A program made the position numbers and the translations under genes. Positions 44,364 to 53,787 of a DNA stretch of 64,000 nt are shown one piece after another. Source of the stretch: Candidatus Latescibacterota bacterium (GTDB taxonomy: Bacteria; Latescibacterota; UBA2968; UBA8231); NCBI GenBank assembly GCA_963422735.1, contig OY730476.1, positions 4,224,001 to 4,288,000 on the forward strand. Reading direction: 5' to 3'. A model generated the notes under the pieces. It had not been told where the DNA came from and made no database searches. It worked only from the letters and a program-made list of their open reading frames with translations. The first letter of the stretch is position 1. Each line of letters starts with the position of its first letter.

Positions 44364-46481
44364 ATGCTGTTGATCTTTGTTCTATTGCTGACGACAACCC
44401 TCGTCCATGCCCAGAGCGACGACGACTCACTCTACGTCGTCGACGAAACCATCGTCACCGGTTCGCGACTGGCCATCCCCCGCACCAACGCCATCGCCAC
44501 CAAAATGCCCCTGCCCCTGCGCAAAACCCCCCTAAGCGTCGGTATCGTCCCCCAAGCCCTGATCGAGACCCAAGATGGCGCGACTCTCAGCGACGCGTTA
44601 GCCAATGTCAGCGGCGTTGGCGTCCACACCAACTTCGGCGTCCACGATCTGTTCTACCTGCGCGGCTTCGACTCGCTCGCCAACGGCTTGGTGCTCTCCG
44701 ACGGAGTCCCTGAACCCGAAGCTACCTTCTACCAGCTCTACAATGTGGACCGCGTCGAGGCCCTCAAAGGCCCTGGTGCCTTCCTCTACGGCGGTAACCC
44801 GCTGTCGGGCACCATCAACCTCGTCCGCAAACGGCCGGTCCCAGCAGGTAACTTCGCCCGCTTCAACGCCTCATTAGGGAGCTTCTCCGCCTACCGCGCC
44901 ACCCTCGACGCCAGCCGCGCTCTACCCAACCAGGGCCTCGCCCTGCGTCTCAATGCGCTGTGGCAGGACGCGGAAAGCTACCGCGACGACAAAAACAGCT
45001 CGATCCTCGCTGTAAACCCAACGCTGCGGCTGAACCTCGGCGAGCGCTCGACGCTGCATCTCGACTTCGAGTACCTGACGAGCGAACATCAGTCCGACTC
45101 GGGGCTACCCATCGTCGGCGGTAGGCTGCCCGCGGTGCCGCGCACCCGCTCTTATCAGTCACCTTTTGACCTTTCCGAACAGATCATCTTGCGCTTTCGC
45201 GCCGATTGTGAATGGCACCTAAGCTCCCATTTCACTTTGCGCGACAAGCTCTACTACACCAGCCTCGACTGGCCCTCGCAGGGCACCCTCTTCAACGGGG
45301 CCTTCCCCAACGCAGTCGGTTCGCTAGATCTTGCTCGCACGTTGCTCGATCTCGACGACCAGCAGCGGATCGTCGGCAACCAGCTCGAAGGTCTGTTAAA
45401 GCTGCAAACCAGCGGTATCGAGCACCAGCTTCTTTTGGGCGTCGAGATCGCCCACCACGCGGACGACTTTACCCTCGACGTGGCGCTGCTTTCGCTAGTC
45501 GATCTGTTCACCCTCGACGCGACGTTGCCGCCGAGTTTGGCCCCCTTCATGCCGGCGGAAGCCGGGACCGATTCCCTCGTGGTCCCTCTCCCCGACCAAG
45601 CCACGTCCGGCCAGACCGCCGTGCAATCCCTGGCACCCTACTTTATCGACCGCATAATCGTCAGCCCCCACTTCGAGCTCCTGCTAGGGGGCCGCTTCGA
45701 CCGGATTGACTACGCGGACGACCTTACCGCCACCAAGCGCGATTATCGGCAGATAAGCCCGATGCTCGGCGCAATCTTCGCCCCCAGCCAGACCCTCTCG
45801 CTCTACGCGAATACGGGCCGCGCCTTTGCCGCGCCTTCCTCTCAGGTTGTTGGCGACCGCGACGCCGAGGAAAGCACCCAATACGAAATCGGTGCCAAAG
45901 CCGCGCTGCTCGACGGCAACCTCAACGCCAATTTCGCCGTCTTTAACCTCGACAAAGAGCACATCGCCATCCCCGACGACAACGGGATCACCCAGCAGCT
46001 CGGCGACCAGCGCGCTCGGGGCTTGGAGTTGGAACTAGCTGCGCGTCTGGCTCAAGGCTGGTACGCCCAAGGCACCTATGCCTTTTTAGACGCCGAGCTG
46101 ACGCGCTTCAACGAATCCGTATTGGTCCCCACCGCCGACGGCTTCGTCTCCCAGATATTCGACCGCACGGGCAATGTGCCGGCCTTCGCGCCCGAACATC
46201 TTTTGACGCTATGGGCCGCCCGCGACTTGGGTGCCAACCTCACCTTGGCCGCTGGTATCCGCTACGTCGGCAGCCAGTTCGTTGCCGAGGACAATGTCTA
46301 TGAAATCGATGGCGCGCTGACGCTCGACTGCGGGCTGACCTACCGGCGGGCCCCGGGGCTTTTGCGGATAAACCTCAAGAACGCGACCGGCAGCGAATAC
46401 GAGACCCGAGGTTTCGGGGGCACCTCGGTTATTCCGGCTGCTCCTTTCTCCTTCAAGGCGACCTTCGGTTATTCACTATGA
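44364..46481 (+). CDS. TonB-dependent receptor
   Basis: Signal peptide; ETIVTGSR TonB box; plug motifs LRGF and VEALKGP.AFLYG...GTINLVRK; C-terminal barrel strand. Confidence 0.93.
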   Translation: MLLIFVLLLTTTLVHAQSDDDSLYVVDETIVTGSRLAIPRTNAIATKMPLPLRKTPLSVGIVPQALIETQDGATLSDALANVSGVGVHTNFGVHDLFYLRGFDSLANGLVLSDGVPEPEATFYQLYNVDRVEALKGPGAFLYGGNPLSGTINLVRKRPVPAGNFARFNASLGSFSAYRATLDASRALPNQGLALRLNALWQDAESYRDDKNSSILAVNPTLRLNLGERSTLHLDFEYLTSEHQSDSGLPIVGGRLPAVPRTRSYQSPFDLSEQIILRFRADCEWHLSSHFTLRDKLYYTSLDWPSQGTLFNGAFPNAVGSLDLARTLLDLDDQQRIVGNQLEGLLKLQTSGIEHQLLLGVEIAHHADDFTLDVALLSLVDLFTLDATLPPSLAPFMPAEAGTDSLVVPLPDQATSGQTAVQSLAPYFIDRIIVSPHFELLLGGRFDRIDYADDLTATKRDYRQISPMLGAIFAPSQTLSLYANTGRAFAAPSSQVVGDRDAEESTQYEIGAKAALLDGNLNANFAVFNLDKEHIAIPDDNGITQQLGDQRARGLELELAARLAQGWYAQGTYAFLDAELTRFNESVLVPTADGFVSQIFDRTGNVPAFAPEHLLTLWAARDLGANLTLAAGIRYVGSQFVAEDNVYEIDGALTLDCGLTYRRAPGLLRINLKNATGSEYETRGFGGTSVIPAAPFSFKATFGYSL

Positions 46482-47755
46482 GTGCCTGCGAACGCCTCAG
46501 CCGCGACGCGCTGGCGGAGCATCAACTCAACCGCCTACGCAACCTGCTCCATTCCGCGTTGGAAACCAACGCATTTTACCGCCAAAAGCTCAACGCGGCC
46601 GGGATCGCACGAGCCGAGGACATCGCCAGTCTCGACGACTTGGCCCGCCTCCCCTTTACTACCCGCGCCGAGCTTTCTACCGACCAGGTCGCCCACCCCC
46701 CCTACGGCACCAACCTCACCTTCCCCGCGGAATGTTACACCCGCATCCACCAGACCTCTGGCACCACCGGCCAGCGCCTGCGCTGGCTCGACACGGCCGA
46801 AAGTTGGGACTGGTGGGGCCGCTGCTGGGCCCAAGTCTATCGCGCCGCTGGTGTCGGCGATTGCGACCGCATCTTTTTCGCCTTCTCCTTTGGCCCGTTC
46901 ATCGGCTTCTGGAGCGGGCACCAAGGAGCCAGCCACATCGGCGCACTGATCGTCCCCGGGGGCGGCATGTCTTCGGCCCAGCGTCTAGACGCCATCGTCG
47001 AAAACGAAATCACCGTCCTCGTCTGTACCCCGACGTATGCCTTGCACTTGGGCGAAGTCGCCCGCGCCCGCGGCCTCGACCTCGCCGCAAGCAGCGTGCA
47101 TACCACTATCCACGCTGGCGAGCCGGGCGCGAATCTGCCGGCTACCCGCGCCCAGCTTGAGCGCATTTGGGGTGCCCGCTGTTTCGACCACGCCGGGGCC
47201 ACCGAGGTTGGAGCGTGGGGTTTCGACTGCCGCGAACAGGCCGGCTTGCACCTCAACGAGGGCGAGTTTATCTGCGAAGTCGTCGATCCGCAAAGCGGCG
47301 CACCGGCCGACGGGGGCGAGCTGGTCATCACCAATCTCGGCCGCCCGGGGATGCCCATCCTCCGCTACCGCACCGGCGACCGCGTCGCGCTCAATCGCAC
47401 ACCCTGCAACTGCGGGCGCACCTTCCAGCGGCTCCAAGGCGGCGTCATCGGCCGCCTCGACGACGCCTTGCTCATCCGCGGCGTGGTCGTCTATCCCAGC
47501 GCCATCGAAAACGTCGTGCGCCAGTTCCCCGCAGTCGCCGAATTCGCCGTTGACGTCCACCGCCGCAAAGCACTGGACGAGTTGGAGGTGCGCCTAGAAC
47601 TCGACGGCAATGCCAACGACACCGCCGACCAAGTAGAACGCGCCCTCGCCCACCGGCTGGGCCTGCGCGCCGACATCCAAATCGCTGCGGCGAACACCTT
47701 GCCGCGCTTTGAACTCAAAGCCCAGCGCGTCACCGATCACAGGAGCGATCCGTGA
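46478..47755 (+). CDS. Phenylacetate-CoA ligase family (adenylate-forming) enzyme
   Basis: TSGTTG, TPTYAL, AGEPG, GATE, RYRTGD, GRLDD, RGV.VYP. Confidence 0.9.
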   Translation: MSACERLSRDALAEHQLNRLRNLLHSALETNAFYRQKLNAAGIARAEDIASLDDLARLPFTTRAELSTDQVAHPPYGTNLTFPAECYTRIHQTSGTTGQRLRWLDTAESWDWWGRCWAQVYRAAGVGDCDRIFFAFSFGPFIGFWSGHQGASHIGALIVPGGGMSSAQRLDAIVENEITVLVCTPTYALHLGEVARARGLDLAASSVHTTIHAGEPGANLPATRAQLERIWGARCFDHAGATEVGAWGFDCREQAGLHLNEGEFICEVVDPQSGAPADGGELVITNLGRPGMPILRYRTGDRVALNRTPCNCGRTFQRLQGGVIGRLDDALLIRGVVVYPSAIENVVRQFPAVAEFAVDVHRRKALDELEVRLELDGNANDTADQVERALAHRLGLRADIQIAAANTLPRFELKAQRVTDHRSDP

Positions 47756-48987
47756 GCGGGGTCATCGTCATCGGCGGCGGCCCCGCCGGCAGCACTGTAG
47801 CCGCCCTCGTAGCCGCAACCGGTCGCCAAGTGCGGCTCTTCGAACGGGAGCAGTTTCCCCGCTTCGCGATCGGCGAGTCCTTGATGCCGGAGACCTACTG
47901 GACCTTCAGACGGCTCGGAGTACTCGACCGGCTCAAAGGCAGTGCCTTCCCCCGCAAGCACAGCGTGCAGTTTTTCGGCAAGTCGGGTCGCGGCTCGACG
48001 CCCTTTTACTTTTCTGACACCAACCCCCACGAAAGCGCGGTAACTTGGCAGGTCCTGCGCGGACCATTCGACGAGATGCTCCTCGACAACGCCCGCGAAA
48101 AAGGTGCCCAAGTACATCAGGGTGCCCGAGTCCTCGAAGTGCTGTTCGAGGGGGACCGCGCCACCGGTGTGCGCACCAAGCTCGCCGATGGCCAAACCCG
48201 CGATTTTGCCGCGCAAGTCGTCGTCGATGCCACCGGCCAGAGTGCGCTAATTGGCCGCAAACTCAAGCTGACCCAGCCCGAGCCCGAACTCAAGAAGGCT
48301 TCGATCTACACCCACTATCGCGGCGGCCGGCGCGACTTAGGCATTGACGAGGGCGCGACCTTGATCCTCCACACCGAGAACCGGGACTCTTGGTTTTGGT
48401 ACATTCCCCTGCCCGACGACAAGGTCAGCGTCGGCGTGGTCGGCGCAATTTCCTACTTGGTCCAAGGCCGCCAAGAAGACGCACAGACCATTTTTGATCA
48501 AGAGCTGGCCAAATGCCAACCCATGCAGGAGCGCCTGCAAAACGCTGAGCAACTCTTTCGGGTCAAGACCACCAAGGACTTCTCCTACCGCGCCAGCCGC
48601 ATCGCTGGCGAGGGCTGGGTGCTGATAGGCGACGCGTTCTGTTTTCTCGACCCGATGTACTCCTCGGGCGTGTACCTAGCCCTCAAATCCGGCGAGATGG
48701 CCGCCGACGCCATCGCCGGGGCCTTTGCCAAAGGGGACTTTTCTGCCGACCAACTCGGCGGTTTCGGCCCGGAGCTAGTGCGCGGCATGGAGGCGGTGCG
48801 CAAAATGGTGTACGCCTTCTACGCGAAGGACTTCAGCTTCGCCGAATTCCTCAAACGCCATCCCGAATGCAAACAGGGGGTCATCGACGTACTGAGCGGC
48901 AACCTCTTCAGCGAACACATCGAGCCTATTTTCGGGCCTATGAGCGAGGTTTGCCAGATGCCCGCCGCCATCGCCTTGACGCGGTGA
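47752..48987 (+). CDS. Flavin-dependent halogenase-like enzyme
   Basis: GGGPAG, FPRFAIGES, Lys in FPRKH, WFWYIP (WxWxIP), GDA..FLDP.YSSG. Confidence 0.85.
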   Translation: MSGVIVIGGGPAGSTVAALVAATGRQVRLFEREQFPRFAIGESLMPETYWTFRRLGVLDRLKGSAFPRKHSVQFFGKSGRGSTPFYFSDTNPHESAVTWQVLRGPFDEMLLDNAREKGAQVHQGARVLEVLFEGDRATGVRTKLADGQTRDFAAQVVVDATGQSALIGRKLKLTQPEPELKKASIYTHYRGGRRDLGIDEGATLILHTENRDSWFWYIPLPDDKVSVGVVGAISYLVQGRQEDAQTIFDQELAKCQPMQERLQNAEQLFRVKTTKDFSYRASRIAGEGWVLIGDAFCFLDPMYSSGVYLALKSGEMAADAIAGAFAKGDFSADQLGGFGPELVRGMEAVRKMVYAFYAKDFSFAEFLKRHPECKQGVIDVLSGNLFSEHIEPIFGPMSEVCQMPAAIALTR

Positions 48988-49024
48988 TGCTTCTTTATCT
49001 TTTATAAGTGCTGTTACGCAGGCT

Positions 49025-49130
49025 TTATCGTATGCGGCTTCCTGCCGTCCCCCTTGTCATTCCCGCGAAGGCGCGACATCCAGCCCAGCGCACCGGCCTT
49101 AAACGGGCGCCTGCTTGTAGCAGGCATGAC
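49025..49130. repeat. REP-like element, inverted relative of 44043-44329
   Basis: 49025-49067 is a near-identical reverse complement of 44286-44329; 49069-49086 is the reverse complement of 44173-44190. Confidence 0.75.
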
Positions 49131-49244
49131 GCCGCGGCCGTATAGGCACCAAGCGGGCGTACGAGTTGGCCCCTGCCAAGACAGAGATTGCGGAACGCCA
49201 GCTTTATAATCCTTTGGGACCCACCTTTACCGCTGGAGTGCAGC

Positions 49245-49469
49245 ATGAACGCCACCGTCCGCCGGATCCTCTACTTTGGGCTTCTAGTCCTCTATCTATT
49301 GCACAACGACCTCTGGCTTTGGGACGATCCGCGCATCGTCTTAGGGCTGCCCATCGGCTTGCTCTACCACATCGGCTTATGCGTGGCCGCCGCCGGGCTG
49401 ATGGTCTTGCTGGTCAACTACGCTTGGCCGTCCAAGCTGGACGCGGAAGACGAGGAACAAGCCGCATGA
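49245..49469 (+). CDS. Small membrane partner of the symporter (DUF3311-like)
   Basis: LHNDLWLW...LGLP.GL.YH; ATGA overlap with the symporter gene. Confidence 0.8.
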   Translation: MNATVRRILYFGLLVLYLLHNDLWLWDDPRIVLGLPIGLLYHIGLCVAAAGLMVLLVNYAWPSKLDAEDEEQAA

Positions 49470-50920
49470 CCACGATCATCATCTTCTGCTACCTAGGCCT
49501 AGTACTCTGCATCGGCGTCCTCTCCAATCGCTTCTTTCGCGGCACCGGCGAGGATTACTTCGTCGCTAGCCGCTCCATCGGCCCCTTCCTGCTGCTGATG
49601 TCGCTGTTTGGCACCAACATGACCGCGTTCGCCATTTTGGGGGCCTCCGGCGAAGCCTACCACACTGGGATCGGCGTCTTTGCCCTGATGCCTTCGGGCG
49701 CGGCCCTGATTATCCCCACCGTCTTCTTTTTTATCGGCACCCGCGTCTGGGCACTCGGCAAGCGCCACAACTTTCTCACGCAGGTTCAGTACTTCCGCCG
49801 CCGCTGGGACTCCGACGGCTTGGGTCTCCTGCTCTTCGCGGTCATGATCGCGCTGCTGATTCCCTACCTGCTCATCGGCGTCATGGGCGGCGGCCTCACC
49901 CTCGCCCAAGTCACCAAAGGGCAGATTCCCCAGTGGGCCGGCGGCCTGCTGATCTGCTTAGTGGTGCTGACCTACGTCAGTTTCGGCGGCATGAGGAGCA
50001 CTGCTTGGGCCAACGCCTTCCAAACGCTGGTCTTTATGATCTTGGGCGGCGTGGCCTTCTTCGTCATCGTCGATAAGCTAGGCGGGCTGGACCGCGCGCT
50101 AGAGCAAGTCGCAGCGGCACACCCCGAGCTGCTGATCAAAGGAGACCGCATCAGCCCAATCAAACTTTTAACCTACACCTGCATCCCGCTGTCGGTGGGC
50201 ATGTTCCCCCACCTTTTTACCCACTGGCTCACCGCCCAAAGTGCCCGCACCTTCCGCTATCCCCTGATGCTGTATCCCCTGTGCATCGCCATCGTCTGGA
50301 TCCCCAGCGTACTCTTGGGGATCTTCGGTAGCATTGACTTTCCCGGCCTCAAGGGCGCGGCAGCCAACTCCGTGCTGGTCAAGATGATCGACCTACACGC
50401 CCCCGGCGCCCTAGCCGGCCTGCTCGCCGCTGGAGTCTTTGCCGCCATTATGTCTTCGCTCGACTCTCAGGTGCTTTCCATCAGCAACATGTTCACCCAG
50501 GACATCGTCCGCCACTACCGCAAGGGCGACGAATTGAGCGAAAAGGCCCAAGTCCTATGGGGCCGCCTCTTCGTGATCGCCATCTTTGCCATTACCTACG
50601 TGCTCTCGCTAGTCTCGGCCCGCAGCATCTTCTCCCTCGCCGTCTGGTCCTTCACCGGATTTGCAGCGCTCTTCCCGGTGATCGTCGCCGCCCTCTTCTG
50701 GAAGCGCAGCACTCAGTACGGTGCCTTTGCCTCGGTGCTCACCGTGGCCGCACTGTGGTCCTATTTCTTTTTTCAGGGGTGGAAAGTTCCCGGCTATACG
50801 GTCGGCATGACCGGGGTAATGCCGGTGGTGGTGATCCTAGCCGCTTCTGCCGTGGCCATGATCGTCGGCTCGCTGCTAACTAAGCCACCGGCCAAAACCA
50901 CCATCGATAAATTCTTCTAA
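49466..50920 (+). CDS. Sodium:solute symporter family protein
   Basis: DYFVASRSIG, GGMRSTAW, AAIMSSLDSQ; many TM helices. Confidence 0.92.
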   Translation: MTTIIIFCYLGLVLCIGVLSNRFFRGTGEDYFVASRSIGPFLLLMSLFGTNMTAFAILGASGEAYHTGIGVFALMPSGAALIIPTVFFFIGTRVWALGKRHNFLTQVQYFRRRWDSDGLGLLLFAVMIALLIPYLLIGVMGGGLTLAQVTKGQIPQWAGGLLICLVVLTYVSFGGMRSTAWANAFQTLVFMILGGVAFFVIVDKLGGLDRALEQVAAAHPELLIKGDRISPIKLLTYTCIPLSVGMFPHLFTHWLTAQSARTFRYPLMLYPLCIAIVWIPSVLLGIFGSIDFPGLKGAAANSVLVKMIDLHAPGALAGLLAAGVFAAIMSSLDSQVLSISNMFTQDIVRHYRKGDELSEKAQVLWGRLFVIAIFAITYVLSLVSARSIFSLAVWSFTGFAALFPVIVAALFWKRSTQYGAFASVLTVAALWSYFFFQGWKVPGYTVGMTGVMPVVVILAASAVAMIVGSLLTKPPAKTTIDKFF

Positions 50921-50923
50921 CGC

Positions 50924-52210
50924 ATGCGCCTCGCCTATATCACGGCCGGTGCCGCTGGCATGTACTGCGGTAGCTGCATCCACGACAACGCGCTCGCAGC
51001 CGCCCTTGTGCGCCGCGATGCCGATGTCGCCCTCATCCCGACTTATACGCCGCTGCGCACGGACGAAGAAAACGTCTCGCTCGACCGCGTCTTCTACGGC
51101 GGCGTTAACATCTTCCTGCAACAGCAGTGGTCGTTTTTTCGCCGTACGCACCGCTTCTTCGACCGCGTCCTCGACTCCCCGCTCCTGATCCGCACCCTCG
51201 CGCGCTTTGGCTCCTCTACCAATGCCCGCACGCTAGGCCCGCTCACCGTCTCGATCCTCGCCGGCGAGGAGGGGAACCAACAAAAGGAGCTCACCCGCCT
51301 CGTCGCCTATCTCCAGCGCGACTTCAAACCCGACCTCATCGAGCTAACCAACGCCATGTTTGTCGGCATGGCCCGGCAATTGAAAGCACAACTAGGCATC
51401 CCCGTCCTCTGCGCCCTCCAGGGCGAGGACCTGTTCTTAGACGGCCTGCCCGACCCCTATAAGACCCAAGCCCTGAACACTCTGCGCCAACGCGCCGAGG
51501 ACATCGACGCCTTCATTGCCCCGTGTGCGTATTACCAAGAGTACATGGCCGAATACCTGCAGGTGCCGCGCACAAAAATCCACGTGGTGCCGCTCGGCCT
51601 CAATTTGACCGGACACGGGCAAGTGCCACCGCCGCCTGCCGATGGCCCCTACAAAATCGGCTACCTCGCCCGCATCTGCCCGGAAAAGGGCTTTCACCTG
51701 CTCGTCGAAGCCTTCCAGCAGTTAAAAGAGCAGCCCGAATTTGCCTCTCTGCGCCTCGAAGCCGCTGGCTACCTCAGTACTTATGACAAGCCTTACTTGG
51801 CTGAACAGGTACAAAAAATCCGCCGCTGGGGGCTAGCCGACTCGTTCACCTATCACGGCGAAGTCGATCGCCGCGAAAAAATCCGCTTGCTCTCCTCTTT
51901 CCACGTCTTCTCCGTGCCTTCGATTTACGCCGATCCCAAGGGTCTGTCGGTTCTCGAAGCCTTAGCCAACGGCATCCCGGTCATCCAGCCCAACCACGGC
52001 GCGTTCCCCGAGCTGATCGCAGCTACCGGCGGCGGTCTCCTCGTCGAACCCCATTCCCCGGTGGCCCTAGCCAACCAGCTTGCCGCATTGCTGCGCGACG
52101 AAAAGCGCCGACGCCAGCTTGGACAAACCGGCCAAGAGGCGGTCCACAGTCGCTTCCACGCCGACGCCATGGCCGCGGGGACGCTCGCCGTGTACGAGCG
52201 GTATATGTAG
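50924..52210 (+). CDS. Family 4 glycosyltransferase
   Basis: ARICPEKG, KGLSVLEALANGIPVI; N-terminal GAAGMYCGSC. Confidence 0.9.
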   Translation: MRLAYITAGAAGMYCGSCIHDNALAAALVRRDADVALIPTYTPLRTDEENVSLDRVFYGGVNIFLQQQWSFFRRTHRFFDRVLDSPLLIRTLARFGSSTNARTLGPLTVSILAGEEGNQQKELTRLVAYLQRDFKPDLIELTNAMFVGMARQLKAQLGIPVLCALQGEDLFLDGLPDPYKTQALNTLRQRAEDIDAFIAPCAYYQEYMAEYLQVPRTKIHVVPLGLNLTGHGQVPPPPADGPYKIGYLARICPEKGFHLLVEAFQQLKEQPEFASLRLEAAGYLSTYDKPYLAEQVQKIRRWGLADSFTYHGEVDRREKIRLLSSFHVFSVPSIYADPKGLSVLEALANGIPVIQPNHGAFPELIAATGGGLLVEPHSPVALANQLAALLRDEKRRRQLGQTGQEAVHSRFHADAMAAGTLAVYERYM

Positions 52211-52224
52211 AAAGGATTATCTCC

Positions 52225-52695
52225 ATGAATTGGCTCGTCTTCGCCCTCCTCACCGTCGCTAGCTGGGGCCTCTATGGCGTCCTGCTACACACGGGTCAGA
52301 TCGCCATGAGCGACCCGGTAAACGGTCGTTACAAAGCCTTCCTTTTCGTCGGTTTGGCCTACTTGCTCACCGCGGTCTTCGGCTCCCTGATCGTCCTAGC
52401 CTACAACGGCGCGAGCTGGCTCTACCCGGCCAAGGGCGTCTTCTGGTCCACTGCCGCCGGCATGGCCGGAGCCATCGGCGCGTTGGGCGTCCTGCTTGCC
52501 TTCGGCGCTAAGGGGACGCCGGCCGTGGTCATGTCCATCGTCTTTGCCGGGGCCCCCATCGTCAATGCGGTCGTCGCCGCGCTCGTGCATCCGCCCGCTG
52601 GCGGCTGGGCAGCCGTGCGTTGGCCCTTTGTCCTCGGCATCATTTTGGCGGCCTTGGGCGGCTGCTTGGTCACCTTCTTCCGCCCAGGGAACTGA
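52225..52695 (+). CDS. Small multi-TM membrane protein (DMT/EamA-like)
   Basis: Five hydrophobic segments; WG.YG and VF.GAPIVNA. Confidence 0.75.
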   Translation: MNWLVFALLTVASWGLYGVLLHTGQIAMSDPVNGRYKAFLFVGLAYLLTAVFGSLIVLAYNGASWLYPAKGVFWSTAAGMAGAIGALGVLLAFGAKGTPAVVMSIVFAGAPIVNAVVAALVHPPAGGWAAVRWPFVLGIILAALGGCLVTFFRPGN

Positions 52696-52696
52696 C

Positions 52697-53113
52697 TTGT
52701 CTGCCGCGTTCTGCACCCGCCGCCGCGTCGAGTGGGCCGATACCGATCAGGCCGGCATCGTCCACTTCGCGCGCTTCTTCGTCTTCATGGAGGCCGCCGA
52801 GCACGCTTTCTGGCGCAACCTCGGCCTGAGCGTCCACAGCCAACGCGATGGCGACATCATTAGCTGGCCCCGCCTCGTCGCCGAATGCGAGTACTTCCGC
52901 CCCGTCTCCTTTGAAGATGTCCTCGACATCCATCTACACCTCGACAGGCAAGGCGAGAAGTCCCTCAGCTTTCGCTTCGACTTCCACTGCGGTGGCGAGC
53001 AGATAGCCCAAGGCCTGCTCAAGGTCGCCTGCTGCGTCTGCAATCCGGGCGAGGCCATCCGCGCCATCCCAATCCCGGGCTTTATCACCCGCAAGCTGGC
53101 GGCGCACCCATGA
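52697..53113 (+). CDS. Acyl-CoA thioesterase (4HBT/YbgC hotdog fold)
   Basis: RVEWADTDQAGIVHF..F..FME motif; TTG start at 52697. Confidence 0.88.
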   Translation: MSAAFCTRRRVEWADTDQAGIVHFARFFVFMEAAEHAFWRNLGLSVHSQRDGDIISWPRLVAECEYFRPVSFEDVLDIHLHLDRQGEKSLSFRFDFHCGGEQIAQGLLKVACCVCNPGEAIRAIPIPGFITRKLAAHP

Positions 53114-53787
53114 ACGCGGCCCCGGCCCTCGCCGCAGCCGACATCTGCAAACACTTCGCCCTCGGCGACCAGACCGTCGAAGTGTTGCGCGGCGTCTCGC
53201 TCCGCGCCGAGGAGGGTCAGTCCTTGGCGCTTATCGGTCCGTCCGGCTCGGGCAAGAGCACCTTACTGCATCTGCTCGGCACCCTCGAACCGCCTACCTC
53301 GGGCCAGATCGCCATCGGCGGCCAAGACCCACGCTACCTTCCCGAACCTCAACTCGCTCGCTTCCGCAACCAGCACATCGGCTTCGTCTTCCAAAACCAC
53401 CACCTGCTGCCCCAGTACTCGGCCCTCGAAAACGCCTTAATCCCCACCCTCGCCTTTCCCCAGGCCGATCGGCGCGAGCGCGCCCGCAATCTTTTGACCG
53501 CCGTCGGTCTAGCAGAGCGCTTGCACCATCGCCCCGCCGAGCTGTCCGGCGGCGAGTGCCAGCGCGTGGCTGTAGCGCGCGCCTTGATCAACCAGCCCGG
53601 TCTTTTGCTCTGCGACGAGCCTACCGGCAGCCTCGATCGCCAGACGGCCGCTACCGTCGCCGACCTGCTCTTTGCGCTGCACAGCGCCGAACAAGCCGCC
53701 CTCGTCATCGCAACCCACGATCTCGAACTAGCTGCGCGCTGCGACCGCCGCCTGCATCTGCGCGAGGGGACGTGCGTCGAAGCCTGA
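53110..53787 (+). CDS. ABC transporter ATP-binding protein (LolD-like)
   Basis: GPSGSGKS, LSGGE.QR, CDEPTG.LD, THD. Confidence 0.95.
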   Translation: MNAAPALAAADICKHFALGDQTVEVLRGVSLRAEEGQSLALIGPSGSGKSTLLHLLGTLEPPTSGQIAIGGQDPRYLPEPQLARFRNQHIGFVFQNHHLLPQYSALENALIPTLAFPQADRRERARNLLTAVGLAERLHHRPAELSGGECQRVAVARALINQPGLLLCDEPTGSLDRQTAATVADLLFALHSAEQAALVIATHDLELAARCDRRLHLREGTCVEA

